Shown here one piece after another: positions 14,413-28,935 of a DNA stretch of 64,000 nucleotides. Origin of the DNA: Raja brachyura (taxonomy: Eukaryota); NCBI GenBank assembly GCA_963514005.1, contig OY740794.1, positions 38,316,001-38,380,000 on the forward strand, given 5' to 3'. Positions within the stretch are counted from its first letter, which is position 1, and each line of letters begins with the position of its first letter. A program made the position numbers and the translations under genes. The notes under the pieces were generated by a model. That model was not told the DNA's origin. It searched no databases and was given only the letters and a program-made list of their open reading frames with translations.

Positions 14413-15442
14413 GTATGTACTGGCCGATCAAACCCACGTCGCTGTATGTTACCTGGTTTGAATTGTCTGGGATGTGGATGTGGATGCTTCAGGTCAGGAG
14501 CTATTTGGAAAAAGAAGATCTAATATACTTGGGATATCTAAGTGGGATATCCAGAAGGTTATATGTTCACATCTGGTTTCTTCCCAGCAAAGTGGGACAG
14601 GTTTATTTCTAAACCTGTTGACTGTACAGCAATAGTGTACAGGTTACTTGCCATGTATAAAAGATTATCAACATGTTACACGAGTCATTTAGTTTGGAAA
14701 GAGATGAAGTAATTAAATCACAATCTCGAGAAACTTACAATACAGGCAAATTCTCATACCCACTCCAGAATATCGCTTGTGGGTGAGCATTTACAATAGA
14801 CATTATTGATTCAGTCATACCTTTTCCAATATAGTACAATTTTACTTGAACTGTACAAAGGCCAGTGTTTGATTTGGGATCATCCATCTCTTTTGTTGAA
14901 AAGCTCCCAGAAACCTTATTTTGATGAATTAGCTCCTGAGCTCTCAAACCTGTGGTTGTGTTCCTTGGGGAAAGGAAGTGAATTATTTTTTTATGTAACA
15001 AACTGTTAGTATCCAGAATACACAACCTGAAGCCAAAGTATTAACCTCCAAAATGTAATTGGTCAAGTATCATTTTAAAACAAAATATATAGCCCTGTGG
15101 CAAAATATCAGGATAGTGAGACAAATTGAGTAGCTCGGTGGAAGGCTGACACTGATATAGTGGGCTGAATGGATTGCTTCCATGCTTCAGATTTTTTAAT
15201 ACCCTTTCTTGATTCCTCTTTTGATTGTGGTACATGGACAACAAATAAGGGAAGGGTCACATTTAGATATGATCTGGATTCACAGATCTAGAAATTGCTC
15301 CATGCCATTCTTAGCTGTAAAATACTGCCTTTGGGTTACCTTGACCTTGTCTGTGTAAGTTGCATAAAGAGCGTGAACTTCAGCAATGAGATTCACAGTC
15401 ACCATTGTCAGGTTTCCCTGTGTAACACAGCATTGTGACACT

Positions 15443-16120
15443 AATAGAGTCATACAGTGTGGAAATAGGCCTCTCGGCCCAAATGTCCACGCCGACCAAC
15501 ATGCCTCATCTAAACCAGTCCCACCTTCCTGCATTTGCCCATATCCTTCTAAACCTATCCTATCCATGTACCTGAGCAAATGTCTTTTAAAAGCTGTGAT
15601 AGTACCTGCCTCAACTACGTCCACTGGCAGCTTGTTCCATACACCCACCATCCTCTGTAAAAAAAAATTTGCCCTCTTAAATCTTTCACACCTCACCTAT
15701 GTCCACTGGTTCTTGATTCTTGTACTCTGGCTAAAAGACTGTGAATTTGCCCTATCTAATCTCCTCATGATCTTATACACCTTTATAAGATCACCCCTCA
15801 CCCTCCTGCGTCCTATTCTGCTCAACCTTTCCATATGGCTCAGGCCCTCGAGTCTTGGCAACATCCTCGTAAATCTTCTCTGTACGCTTTCCAGCTTAAC
15901 AATATCTTTCCTATGGCAGGGTGACAAAAACTGAACACAGTATTCCAAATGTGGCCTCACCAATGTCTTGTACAACTGTAACATAGTCCCAACTTCTATA
16001 CTCAATACTCTAACTGATAAAGGCCTATGTGCCAAAAGCCTTCATGACCACCCTATCTATCTGTGACGCCACTTTGAAGGAGCTATATACCTGCACTCCA
16101 AGATCCTTCTGCTCTACAAC
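15443..16120 (-). mobile_element. CR1 LINE 3' fragment
   Basis: LYKTLVRPHLEYCVQF, LESVQRRFTRMLP, FFLQRMVGVWNKLP. Confidence 0.9.
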
Positions 16121-16220
16121 AGAGCATACCATTCATGCTTTGTAAGTACTCAAAGGTAGCATAGTTGTCCTACAGGTGGGACAGTGCAGCCAGTCCTCAA
16201 AGGATCTGACCACCATTCAG

Positions 16221-17258
16221 AAGGTATGTTACAAAACTTATCTTGGGCGGCGTTGCAGTTCTGCCACTCCCCGTGTGCACGACTTTGGCGCCTTTCAGAG
16301 GGGGGTGGGTTTAAAATGCCGTTTTTTTCACCAGACAGTTCAAATCGATCCATCTTACGGGATTTCGTCGCTAAAGAGAAATCGCTCCGACATTTGTTTT
16401 ATGAAGGTATTTTTGAACTACACTAGATCATTTATTAGCTAGAGTAATTTAAAAATCATCTTCTAAAGCCATGAGCGCCGACAACGAGAAAGGATTTTAC
16501 GTAGGGGAGAAAAGAAGGTACACAGTTTATTTTTACATAAAAACGTGGTTCTTAGGAACCCTTTAATCAAATTTTCATGTTGCGAAAAGGGGAGAAAATA
16601 AAAAAACGAACCGGCAGTGTTTTTCCTGCCGACTGTGGGTTAAATTCACTGCAAACCGCAACGTTCCAATCCACCGCATTTCACTAAAACCCACTCACAA
16701 GTTGATTTAAATGGCCATTAATTTACGGGAATTAAACACTAAATTCCTTTCAATAAATTAATGAAATGAGATTTAAAAATCATGTTATATTGTGAATTAT
16801 TGTGTGAATGTTATTTGGACAATTAGGCAATTTAAAAATGTTTATCATTTCTTAAGAAATGGATAGATGTTTAGATCTAGTAATTGAATTTTGTAATTAG
16901 CTACAATTAGGTAACTAACTAATTATATGCTTTAATTTCAGGTCATCCAAGTAAGATTGTTTCATATTTGTTTCAGAATGCTTCAATCCATAATAACTGA
17001 AAATTTCATTGAGTTCTCTTCATTTTTAAGAAGGTTATAGGCTTTTGACTGTCCTAGATCACAGCTTTTGAGTTAAGTCAATGGAAAGGAAATGGGGAAC
17101 AAGATGCTAATTTCCGAGTATGAAAATGGCCATAACTTTTTTAATACTGAAGATATGAAAGTAAATTAGGTGTCAAATTAAACTTATTTTTATGCTTTAT
17201 CCGATGGGATAAATTGCAAACTTGATTTTTTAAATCTCAAAATTTTGTAACATTGCTA
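16221..17258. mobile_element. Non-autonomous TIR DNA transposon (~1.04 kb)
   Basis: Imperfect TIR aaggtATGTTACAAAA / TTTTGTAACATtgcta; direct repeat cattcag at 16214-16220 and 17259-17265; no transposase ORF. Confidence 0.72.
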
Positions 17259-17529
17259 CATTCAGGCAGCACTTTTCCAACTGAAGGACAATGTTATAAC
17301 TGAATGAATGGGTATTGCAATGATGAGAAGGTAATTAGGGTTAGGGTTTGCAGAGAATCAGGGGGATCAGATTGGGCTGGTGAAGAAGGGGAACATTCTT
17401 TGTGCATGGGGACACATGAAGCTCCCCCACCACCGCTCCATCACCACCATCCTACACAGGTCTTGAGTTCGTGCGGGATTGGGGGTAAATAACTCAATGA
17501 ATGTTTGTGGTTTTGTCTTTATTCTGCAG

Positions 17530-17692
17530 CCACCCAGGAGGATCTGGAGAGTCCATTGAAGTCACCAGTCGATGCACAGATAGATGGGCTAGTAGAGCAT
17601 CTCAGGATCGGCAGCAACTTCACTTTCAGGGTGACTGTCTTACAGGCATCAAGCATTTCCGCTGAATATGCCGATATCTTCTGCCAGTTCAA
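17530..17692 (+). CDS. KIF1A: KIF1A exon (A)TQEDLESP...[31 protein letters not shown](N), 163 nt
   Basis: ttctgcag|CC acceptor; TTCAA|gtaagc donor. Confidence 0.93.
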
Positions 17693-18077
17693 GTAAGCGA
17701 GCCGTTCCCAACTGTATTTACTCATTACCATGCACATGGAATGCATAATGTTTCCACACTACACTGTGGGGCCATGCTATATTCACCAATGTCACAGTGC
17801 CATCTTTTATCCACACCCCATCCCCATGTTCCCAAACAAATCTCGAGAGTTTCTGCTGGCAAGATGAGAAGAGGTGTAATATAGCTCATTATGTGGGTTT
17901 GCCTATATTCTGCAGCCCCCAGTGAGTCTAATGTATTGACCCAGTACTATGATTGAATAACACTTTATATATGTAGACTTTAGCAGTTCCACTGAATTAA
18001 TATAAAATAAGCAAAAGCAGGTAAGGAACTTCGAACCAGGGTCTAGCTGTGATTGTCTTTCTTTATTTCTCTTATAG

Positions 18078-18168
18078 TTTCATCCATCGCCAAGAAGAAG
18101 CCTTTTCTACAGAGCCATTAAAGAACACAGGCCGAGGACCCCCACTGGGTTTTTACCATGTGCAGAAT
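18078..18168 (+). CDS. KIF1A: KIF1A exon [30 protein letters not shown], 91 nt
   Basis: cttatag|T acceptor; AAT|gtgagt donor. Confidence 0.95.
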
Positions 18169-18714
18169 GTGAGTTGATATTGGGGATACAGCAGTGATTA
18201 GACAGAGCCAGATAGTTTGCCCTGGCATTACTCTACCACACAGATTGCAGAGGATCAGGAAGGTGGTAAAAAGATGATAATGAATGTTGATCTTGCTGCA
18301 ATGTCGATATCCCATGGATGGAGAAAATATTCTGATATAATATTAATATTTAAAAGTGTGTTTGGGCATCTTGTGTTGCACTATGTTGATGACAATACAG
18401 TACTGATCTTGGTGTCTGATGTTGCCAGTTTGGTGTCTGTGTTGTAGTAGTAGATGTGATTCCACGGGACAGTAATGTTGTTTCCTACCATGCAGATGCA
18501 GAGGGAGAGCAGATTTATAGGAAGTGAGTGAGTCTGGAAAAGGAAAAAGCAGATATGTGGAAAAATGACACCACAAAATGGCTTACTTGTTTATTCCACG
18601 ACTGCTCAGATGTCTGTCTAAATATATTTTATTTGCTGCTATTTTATCTGCTTTCACCGTCTCCCCTGGCAATGCATTCTGTTACTGGAGGAGATTCTGG
18701 GAGACAGGATCTAT

Positions 18715-19100
18715 CTGCATTTGGAAAGACAAGGATTGATTAGGGATAATCAGCCCAACTTTGTGCAGAAGATAATAGTGGAGTGTCCCTTTTCAAATTG
18801 GAGCCCGTGACCAAATGGTGTGTTGCCGTGTCCATTTTTGTTTTATGTTAACAATTTGGATGAGAATGTAGTGACATGACTGGTGAGTTCGTATTTGACA
18901 CCAAAATTGGCAGTGGAATGTAGCTTGTCAAAGATTACAACACCATCCAGATGAAATGGGAGAGTGAGCAAAGGGATGGCGGATGGAAATTAACTCAGAC
19001 GTGTCTTTTGGGAAGTTAAACCAGGGTAGAATGGCATAGGTTTAAGGGGAGAGAGGGTGAGTTGTGCCAATGGGCCTGCATCTGTGCTGTATGGTTCTGA
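18715..19100 (+). mobile_element. Degenerate, internally deleted CR1 RT fragment
   Basis: Remnants of GLIRDNQ..F, W..VT.GV, INNLDE, DTKIG, plus the gggcctg..tctgtgctgta tail. Confidence 0.6.
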
Positions 19101-20039
19101 GTTTTTAACATTTTATCCCTCTAGTCCTCTAACACTGCCAAGGGGCAGTGGAAAATGGTGTGCGGTTTCTTCCCTTGCAGTGTTCATTAACCTGGCAAGA
19201 ATTTCATCCAAACCACTTTGCAAACACTTGCAATGTACTATCCAATTGTCACATCTGCTCCAATATTGTTACATGGGCAACACCCTCTCAAGTGGTTCCA
19301 GATGTGATGTGCTGATTTAACACCATACCCAGCCCTCTGCTTCTTTGAGAATTTTGGTCATGGCTCAAAATTGGTCATTCATTCTTTGACACCCCTTTTT
19401 GTTACTAATTTCATTTAACCAAGCACAGTTTATCACTCTCTTGTTTGACGCCTCCAAACAGTGTTTACTCAAGCACACCCTTCAATGGGTCCCGATCTGC
19501 AATTCCTCTGGTCCACTAGACCACAGTCTATATACGCATGTAGCCCTCAACTGAACTTCGAAACCTACACCCTCCTTGTCCGACCCCCTAAAGAAAGCAA
19601 TGCATGCAAAGCTAAGCATAAAATCAAAGAATACATATGGTGCACTCTGTTATGGACTTGTTGCATGGTGCATGCACTAATGGCCTGCTGCACCAAATCT
19701 TAGTAGTATCTCAGGCCCAGGGTTGCTTATCTGCTATTGCACCATGGAGGGAATTCAGGGATTGAAAGGTCAGGAGCTCAGAGGGCTGGGCTGATCATAG
19801 ATTGTGAGTAATGGGGTTGAGGAGTTTGACCAATTGTTGCAGGAGCAAACAGGGTTTGAAGGAGTTGAGGGCAGGTTCACTCTCAAGTAAAACAAGACTT
19901 CTTCAGCTCTAAAACCTCCTTACTTTCAATATTGCTACGACTCCGCAGCAACCTGTACATAGCAGTATGTCCTACCACATGTCCTGTTAATGGCTGCAGC
20001 AGTCTGGAAACTTGTCTTTTTTTTAATCTTAAAATGTAA

Positions 20040-20183
<144 letters not shown>

Positions 20184-20876
20184 TAACCTCTCCTGCTATA
20201 TGTTGTTTACAGCCACATTACTCAGTCTTTTCTGAGATAGCTCAGAAAATCTCAAAGATATCTCACTCTTCATAGCGTTAGAGGTTCTGCAACCATCTTT
20301 AGTTCCATTGGTATTGGCGTGGGTGGGAAGCATCTAGGATAAGTCAGACTATTGGTGGACATTGTACAACACATGAAGGTGAAAATGCTAGTTATGAGCA
20401 CAAAATCTAATTGAAAGAGAATTACTTTAGCCATGTCTATTGTTGGTGTACAAATTGGCACCCAGAATTTATATTCCTGTCCCATGAATTTCACAGAGGC
20501 CCAATAGTGGCACAATAGTTAAGATGATCAGAAGGAACATTACCTCAGGTTGGATCTGTCACATCCTTTCATATGAATAACTCAAGAGAGGAATGGGATT
20601 AGTTGAGTGAAATTGTAACCATGTCCCCAACTTCAACCCCTCGCTGATCACCTAAGGAAGAAGAAAACACTTGAGGGAGGAAATTAAAATACACGTATTG
20701 AGCTAGTTGGAGTGGTTGTTTTGCACATCAAGAACACTCAATTGCAGCCAGTTTACAGTTCAGAGACCTGGGAAAGACAAGCAAATAAGCGTTGCATTAC
20801 ACATGCACACTTATCTGAAATGGCAATGGTCTCCTGCCTGTCTTATTCCAACTTAGAAGGAGGCCATTCTGCCCAG

Positions 20877-21080
20877 CATAGAACCATAGAAAATGGGTGC
20901 AGGAGTAGGCCATTTGGCCCTTCGAGCCAGCACCACCATTCAATATAATCTTGGCTGATCATCCAAAATCGGTACCCCCTTCCTGCTTTTTCCCCCATAT
21001 CCATTGGTTTCCTTTAGCCCGAAGAGCTAATCTGACTCTCTTGAAAACATCCAGTGAATTGGCCTCCACTGTCTTCTGTG
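20877..21080 (-). mobile_element. CR1 3' end
   Basis: catagaaccatagaaa tail and 3' UTR similar to 29023-29230. Confidence 0.8.
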
Positions 21081-21409
21081 GACTGGAGGGCCATGCCAGC
21101 ACCCAGGAGCCCCCTCTCCTTATTTTGTATTCTTACATTATTCTCTCACACACACCCATCAAAACCATTTGACTCTTTTTACCATTAATCACTCTAAAGG
21201 ATAAGTTATCAGTTAACCCACCAGCACGTCTTTGAGCGTAAGGAGAAACCAGAGCATCATGAGAATATGGGGGATAATGAAAAGATGGTCTGGTGTGAAT
21301 GAATGGGACAGCATTGGTGATATTTTTCCAGACCCTTCAAGTGGCTGCGGTGTGTTGTCCTGGTACACATAACCCTAGTTTACATGACAGCTGGCATACC
21401 TGATTCTGT

Positions 21410-21870
21410 ATTGTGCACTATAATCTAGAAGGATATGTTCAGCTTGGAGCAATGGCTAAAATCCCAGAAGGCCAGTTGTGAGAATAGGTTGCAGAAACTA
21501 AAGTTTGTATTCACTAGAACTTAGAATTGACTGAAATGTTCAAGACATTAAGAAAATCTGATAGAGGGGATAGAGATAAATGTTTCCCACAGGTTGGCAA
21601 TCAGGTAACCACATAACCAAAACATATAACCAAAAGAACTGTCAGAGCTATAAGGAGGGAAGTTAGGACATTTCTGCATGGAAGTTGGTAAAAGTTTTTT
21701 CCTCTCTTCTGGAAATTCAGTTCAGCTATCAATCATTAATCAGAGATTGATACTTTGTGTTCATAAAGTTATCAAGGATTGGGGGCAAAAGTGTGATATT
21801 GGTCAGCCAAGTTCCCATTAAATGGTGTAATAGGCTTAAGGGACTGTATGCTTTTCTCCTGCTCATATGA
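21410..21870 (+). mobile_element. Degenerate CR1 3' fragment
   Basis: Remnants of Y.NRL..L..YSLE and D.EKCFP.VG; aaatggtgtaataggcttaagggactg tail. Confidence 0.5.
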
Positions 21871-22097
21871 CAATGGTTAGTTGCCATGCCCTGGTGATAG
21901 CCTTCATTCCAAGATAAATCATTTTTTTTACATTTTATCAGACCCTGCACTTAACAACTAAACTAGGAATTTCACTGTGCAAACAAAATGAATTATCTAT
22001 TTATGGTGTAACCAGTGATCTGCTTTTCAAAAGCACCCAACTACATTGTATTTTCTAAGTGGTTTTCACTTGATCTTTTCTCTTTCTCTGTACTCAG

Positions 22098-22153
22098 TCC
22101 TTTAAGACCTTCTCGCCGGCAGTTCCCTCGGGTGATGCCCTTGAGTAAACCAG
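22098..22153 (+). CDS. KIF1A: KIF1A exon PLRPSRRQFPRVMPLSKP(V), 56 nt
   Basis: tactcag|T acceptor; CCAG|gtgaga donor. Confidence 0.94.
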
Positions 22154-25100
22154 GTGAGACAATTGAACGCTTTATGCTTTATTGATTAACTGGGAAACAG
22201 CAAAAAGCAGTCACTTATCGCATACAATATCCTTTACCCAATTTATTGGTGAAGATGAATTTTCAGATATCTCAGATGATATTAGGTCCCTTATAGTTGT
22301 AAATTAGAACGTCAATTTAATTGCAGTCACCAACAGTGACTGATGATGAGTTGCAGGTGCTGGTCCTGCTATAGCTGAGTCCTATGCCGGACCTGTGCTC
22401 AGTCCACTAGTCCCTCAGGCCAGAGAGTAGCAGGTCACCTGAGGGAAACCATCAAACTGGAGCAAGAGACAGCAATTTCAGGGTAGTAGAGAAAGAAGGA
22501 GGCAAGAGTAATGCAAAGATCTTGATGGACATGCTCAGAAATTTAGTGTGTACATATCAGATTGAAAATGGGCAAACATTCTCTCTATAACATCAGTGAG
22601 TGGCATTGCCTGTTTCAGACATAATCAAGGCTTCCCATCCACTCTCCCTCTCACTCAGCCGCTTAACTGCCATACCCTCTACATTGACAAAGACCTTCAC
22701 TCTGAAGTTACCACCACATTCATCAGTGCCAATCTCTGACCTCAGGCTTTCTACTGATTGAAACCAGGCTAGAGTGGAGAGGTTGGGTTTCCAAGTATTA
22801 ACCTTAAAGCTTAACCTGGTATCAATATCAGCCTCAGTCTGTCTCGATCAGTCCATGGGAAACTTTTAACTTCATCCTGTGATCATTGTAGTAACCCTGA
22901 TCTTCATCCTTGGTGCCCTGCACTGTTCTAACATCAACACTTCCATTAGCATGGTGGTATGCCATTAGATTTGTCATCCAAAAACTTGGACTTAATAATG
23001 CAGACATGAGTTCATCTTCCTCCACAATAGATAGCATTGTCATCTTAAGTTAGTTAAACACATTTGGAACGAGGAGCTTATCAATAATGAAGACCGTAAA
23101 AACCACACTGGAAAATAATCTGAGCCCAGAACTAGATTTGTCAATTTTCGGTGCACAGGCATTTGTCATGCTTTGGGCTTGTACCAGATTAGGACTTACT
23201 CAAAAAAAAGAGAAAGTTGAAAAAACATTTTTGAAGCTAGCTTAGGCTGGTGATCCCCCTGAAGCGGGATCTATGTGGATCTTGATGGAATCAGACTCGG
23301 GTTAATGTAGTCTACTTGCTGAGCAAGAGAAAATAGAAGTATCAGGGTTTAGAGACACATTGTCATGGCCACCAGGCAATGACAACAGGCACCATGGAGA
23401 TGGGAGAGAGTTCCAGTTTTGATCAGAAGTCCTGACTCCCTCAGGAAAGGAAATGACTTGTGTTTCCCAGATACGTGATATTCTTCTTGTGTTCACAAAG
23501 CTTGCATATGGAGGAAGTAGAAACTTTTCCTATTAATAAAACAGTCCAGGTTATTCAAGGGAGCTCTACATGAAGTGTGAGTGCAGCGCATAATCACCTG
23601 CATTGGTGCCACCTTCTCGCCAAAAACAAGAGATTAAACAATTTCTATGTGAATAGATAGTCTCTCTACTCCACAATGAGCTAAATTAAGAGGGTTGGCA
23701 ATGCTTAAGAAATGATACATTGTCAGAAAACTAAGAAACATGACCGATCAGTGAACAACACGGTCTAGACATGAGCATAGCTGAAGGTCTTTCTGTTTTC
23801 AGTGACAATAGCCATGGAAACCTAAGCTGACATGTACATTGTTCTCTGGGAGGACCATGTATTTTGGCATCTCAAAGACTCGCTGGGAATTGTCCCTACT
23901 AATGAACTTCTCCTGAGATCTGACCCATCCTGAATGGCCAGCATGACTGTAATTAAGCCTCCAGCAACAGTATCCATGGATCTCTGGAGTTGTCTGCACG
24001 GATGAACATGGCTTCATCTTTAAGGCCAGCCATGGCTGTAATGATGCCTATGGCAACGGTATGCTGCCAGCAGTCATACCATGTTTACCCTTTGAATTGG
24101 TATCTCAGAAGCTGAATGCTGAGAGAAACATTCCCTGTTAGTTCAAGAGCGTTGACTTTGGAGGGTGCCTGTGCTGTTTGTTGTTAATTTTGAAGGTGTC
24201 TAGTCAATTCCCCCGATGCCGGCTGTGAGAACAATACCTAGACAAGCACAATGTGTTCCAGTTTTTAGGGAGTTTTCCACAAGAGCCACAATGTGGAGTT
24301 TTAAGTTCCAATTGATGTCAGCGTGGGCAATAACAGCCCTGGCGTGAATAGTGACATCAATAGGCATGCACCTGATGCCAGGAAAAAGTCATTAATCTGG
24401 ATCTACAAAAACCATTTACGAGACTGGCGCAAATCCACCCAGATAAGATCTCGAACATGATCTATTCTCATAAAATCAACCTTTGAGCACGTCGCATCTG
24501 AGAAATAGTCTCACTGGATCCAGTTGCCAGATACTGCTTGGAGGACTTAATTGTCGGATTGGTGACAGCAGCACATGATATTATCTGTTCATTAATCTAC
24601 AATGCCACCTAAAGCAAGCTGCATTGTTTTACTGAGTATTGCAGGCAAAGAAATGGGTATAGATAGGTCAGGTCTCAGTTATCGGAAGTTAAAGCATCTG
24701 AAATCAGATAAGCGTCCCAGGGCTAGACAATATCCAACGACAGCATTCAAGTTTTCTCTCGCACACTCTAACCTGCAGCAATTGTCTGGTCTTGGTGGGG
24801 AAGTGGATGGGGACTGGGAATACTAACACGTTTCTTTCTTCATTAGGCAGCCTGTTGGAGTTGGTGTAATGTTATGATTTCTGTTATTTTCTGTTCCCAT
24901 GTCACACTTTGCAGAGAATGAGAAAGCACTTATTTTAATTAAACACCTGATGCCTGATGGGTTGAACCTCCCATTCCTGGACTCGCTGTCCATGCACGCC
25001 GTGTCTGCTGCTAGTGTTGCTGTTTCCTATCTCTCCGAGGAGGAGGATTATGTCCACTTGCCCCTTCCCTCTTCCCTTGGCTGTGCTGTCATGAAAGCCC

Positions 25101-26016
25101 AGACACATGGTTCGTAGCAAAGGAGCCTGTTGGAAGTCACTTCAATTGGATACTTTAACCAAAAAAAGCTCCACATATTATTGCCAAATTCATTACCCAT
25201 TTCTTAAACTATAAGTGTGTTCACCTTACTTAGTTGTGTGCTCCATCTACTCAACTCTTTGTATTACTGGATGCTTCAACACTCTCCTCCTGTATGTTTC
25301 ACCTGTAAAACCCTGTATGGTCAACTGATTATTCTCCCACACATGTTATACATGAAACTTCACAGGACAATGTGGTAATCCAGCATCCTCAGTACAATCT
25401 GGTATCAAACTGCAGAGTTCCCACTTTATTGGATATTTACTCCAGCACACTTTTAATTCACTTTTTTAAATAAACATACGTGTTAAAAATGAAGTATTAA
25501 ATTTCCATAAGTTTAAAGGGAGCAGGAATAGAACTCTAGCAAGTTTAAAGGTCGCACAAGAAACAGGAGCTAATAAGTTTCAGCTTTTCGAAAATCAAAA
25601 CAAGCTGACACGTTCGAGCACCCCAGACCCTGGATCCAGCCACAAAACTACCCTCATGCCCCTGACCCGAGACATTCCACACCCTGAGCAGGACTCCGGC
25701 CACACACCCAGCCTATGCATTAAAAACGACACAGATAACCTCACAAGCATCTGGATGGTACATTATGTAATAGTAATTCCATGGATACTGAAGATTTAAT
25801 ACACAAATGATTGAGGCAGATGCTGAACAAAACCATAGGGGTTTCCAAATAACTGGATAACAGATTTTTGGAGATTTACTGTGCCTGATTCAGTTCAGTG
25901 ATCTGTCTCCAGGCACAGTTGGGTATCTCACCTTCCCCACTTTCTGTCTTATATGAATGTGAAATTTACCCCAGAACTATTTTCTGACCATTTTCCTTCA
26001 CACTCAACATACATTG

Positions 26017-26107
26017 AGAAGGGTCTCGACCCGAAACGTCGCCTATTTCCTTCGCTCCTTAGATGCTGCTTCACCCGCTGAGTTTCTCCAGCTTTTTGTG
26101 TAACCCC
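26017..26107 (+). mobile_element. 91-bp Penelope-pLTR-type insert with a 9-bp flanking direct repeat; hammerhead core 5'-clipped
   Basis: catacattg at 26008-26016 and 26108-26116; agaagggtctcgacccgaaacgtcgcc. Confidence 0.8.
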
Positions 26108-28203
26108 CATACATTGCAGTGGTGAGTGGCTGGACTCTTAAAGGTCTTGGATATTCTATTTTCCTTACTTTTGTTTTCATTCTATAATTTGATTTTGGGA
26201 TAATCAAAAAAAAAATAATGTTTAACTGATGGAATCTCAGTCGATAAATTTCTGCATCCTTCCTGAAGATGCTGATTCCATGTTTTATTCCCCTCACTTC
26301 TCTTGCTCCTGGTGATATACCCAATTTAAAGTGATTTCCCACAGGATGCAGCAGTGTGTCATTTCTCAGTCCTGTGCCCTTGTGTCTCACTCAGTAACAT
26401 ACAACAGTGGACAAGAGTGTGCAACTAAATTGAAAATAGATGTGACTACAGAATAACTTTGAAATATTTGATATTGATGCCAATATTTGTGATTCACGTA
26501 CATTTTGGAAGTTGAAACTGCTTGGTGAAGTCTAAGATGAAAGGTTCCTCCAAGGTAGATAGAAGGACCGAATCAATTTGGTGATGATGTGAAGTTAAGG
26601 TTTATATTTTAATTATATGGACAACAGAAGGTAGTAGAGGAGTCCTCAGTAGCTCTTCTCAATGGAGAGCAAGACTGAAGTGATTATAAGAAGGCACCGT
26701 TTGCAATTGACAAACCAAAACCTGATTCATAATTGAGCTGCTTGATGGCCAATGCAATTTGTAAACTATGCACACTTAGTCCATTGCTGTTATTCAATCA
26801 CACCCCAACAGGTGCCCTTTTGTTTAATTTTTACATGTTAATTATAATTCAAGAAAGTAACATTGAGCCACAGAGTGCTCTTGGCCCATTGAACAGTGAC
26901 ATTTTGATGGTGATCAGAGTACTCGTTCCAATCAGATTTTGGTGTGATTGAATCTGTCATTGTGTTTGCAAATCTTTGGAAGGCGACTAGATCCTTTCAG
27001 AAGAGAACATAAAGCTGCAGGGAAATGTACAGATTTGCATTGTAATGTAAGAAGGAATGAATTCTTAGGCGTGGGATTTCCATTTTGGTTTTCTAACTGA
27101 GAAAGACAGGTCCAAGAGTGAAAGTTGAAATTTACTGGAAGATGCACATTTCCTGAATTAAATCCTGCGCAGCAAAGCAGGAGCTGGAGAGATAGGTGGT
27201 GTGCGATGCCACAAAGATATGCTGCTACAAAAAAAACATTTTTATTACTAAATTAGATTTTTTGAAGGATAATTCAACACATAAACGAGTGGAGCAGAGA
27301 ACATCTCAGGTTTCATGGCCCTTCTGAGGAAAATCAAGTTCTGCCCCAGCTGGTCAATACATGTGTGAAAAAGAATGAACACATTTAGAAAGATGAAACA
27401 GGAGTGGGATCGGTCAATGCAGTGTGCTGTGTGTTCTTTACTCTTAATTCTTCTGAGTGTCTGCTGTGTTTTGTGTCATTTTTATCTTGCGTAAGAAATT
27501 GTGATTTTGTTTGTCAGCTTTAGTGTGGTAAGAGTCTTTCAGCCCACTGTGAATCTAATCTCTAAACTGCTGCAAAGTCCAGAGACTCCTTGAGCTGCCC
27601 AATTATCTTAGAAAGTATGGAGCAGAAATCCACTTATCTGAGCATCTTCATGCACATAGACTTAAGGTGAAATTTTCTCTCCCAATCCTAATCCTTGGCC
27701 CTGCACCTACCTCAGGTAGTCATCCAGGCAATGTTTAAATGAGGGCTCTGCCTCCAACACCCTTCCAGACAGTAAATTTCAGATCCCTAACACTTGAATT
27801 TGTTTTTGTAACTCCCCTAATCCAATTAACAAACCACCCCCTTTGTTTCTAAACTCCCTGCTAAGATTATTTCAGTTCACGCCACCCATGATTTTAAACA
27901 GCAATTAAATTGCCCTCCAGTTACTCTCTTGTTCCAAGAAAATAATCCCAGCCAAGCTTACTCTTCCTGGTCCCATTGTGAAAAAGAATTATTGCACAAT
28001 TGTAGAACTGAACCTCTCACAATCCGCATTTTGAAACATAAAGTGAAGATTGGTTCATATTTTGCATGCCAATTTTGCCACTTAACAAAGCAGCAGCTTT
28101 TTGAACAGTTAATGTTGCAAGCTAGTGACAGAACCAGTTGCAAGATTTGCAATCACGCTTGGGCTCCTTCCATTGCCCTGACTAATGATTATTGTCCTTA
28201 CAG

Positions 28204-28312
28204 TGCCAGCGACCAAGTTGAGCACCATGAGCCGCCCCACTGCAGGGCAGTGTCAGGGCAAATATGACCTGCTGGTGTTCTTTGAGATCTGTGAGTTGGA
28301 GGCTACTGGAGA
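28204..28312 (+). CDS. KIF1A: KIF1A exon [35 protein letters not shown](E), 109 nt
   Basis: ccttacag|TG acceptor; GGAGA|gtaagt donor. Confidence 0.95.
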
Positions 28313-28344
28313 GTAAGTACTGTTACCCTTCCTGTTCACTATCT

Positions 28345-28532
28345 ACATATCGGACTGAGACTGAGACTGACTCCTCCCCCCCCCCCCCGGCCCCAATCTT
28401 TGCACATCCTCAATCCTTTCCACTCGTCACTTTAATTTCATGTATTTTGTGTTTTTATGACCCTTGGCAGATCAATTTCCCTCCTGGGATAAATAAAGTT
28501 CTATCATTATTGTACTATCGTATTGTACTATC
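28345..28532 (+). mobile_element. Short LINE 3'-end fragment with microsatellite tail
   Basis: aatttccctcctgggataaataaagttctatc followed by a repeated tattgtactatc. Confidence 0.55.
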
Positions 28533-28708
28533 ACTCATTATTGTATAACCTGAAAAATATCAATGACCAGCTCTTCTTGGGCTCATGTTCAGGCGGTAAA
28601 AGACACTCATCATACCTGATTTACAGGCTAAACATTTCCTTCGGTGTTTGTTAGATTTACCTAAATTGCAGACTAGAGGACATATAGTGTCTCCCTTTCC
28701 TTCTGCAG

Positions 28709-28775
28709 GTATATTCCCGCTGTAGTCGACCATAGAGGTGGAATGCCCTGTCATGGAACTTTCCTACTGCACCAG
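28709..28775 (+). CDS. KIF1A: KIF1A exon [22 protein letters not shown], 67 nt
   Basis: ttctgcag|G acceptor; CAG|gtactg donor. Confidence 0.95.
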
Positions 28776-28935
28776 GTACTGCTGCATAAACAATCTCAAA
28801 CTGGATTCTTATGTTCTGCCTGTTGTCTCTGATAAAAATGTTCAATCTGTTACGCATGTCTCTCCTTCAGCAGCTTTTGGCTTTGGTTAAAGAATATTCA
28901 GTGTTAAAAGAGGCATGTTAAGCTATTGGTATTGC

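Noticed and set aside
22400-24600. Possible decayed coding or mobile sequence (e.g. ORF 22834..23043)
   Set aside because: No recognisable motif or boundaries; cannot be supported without a search.
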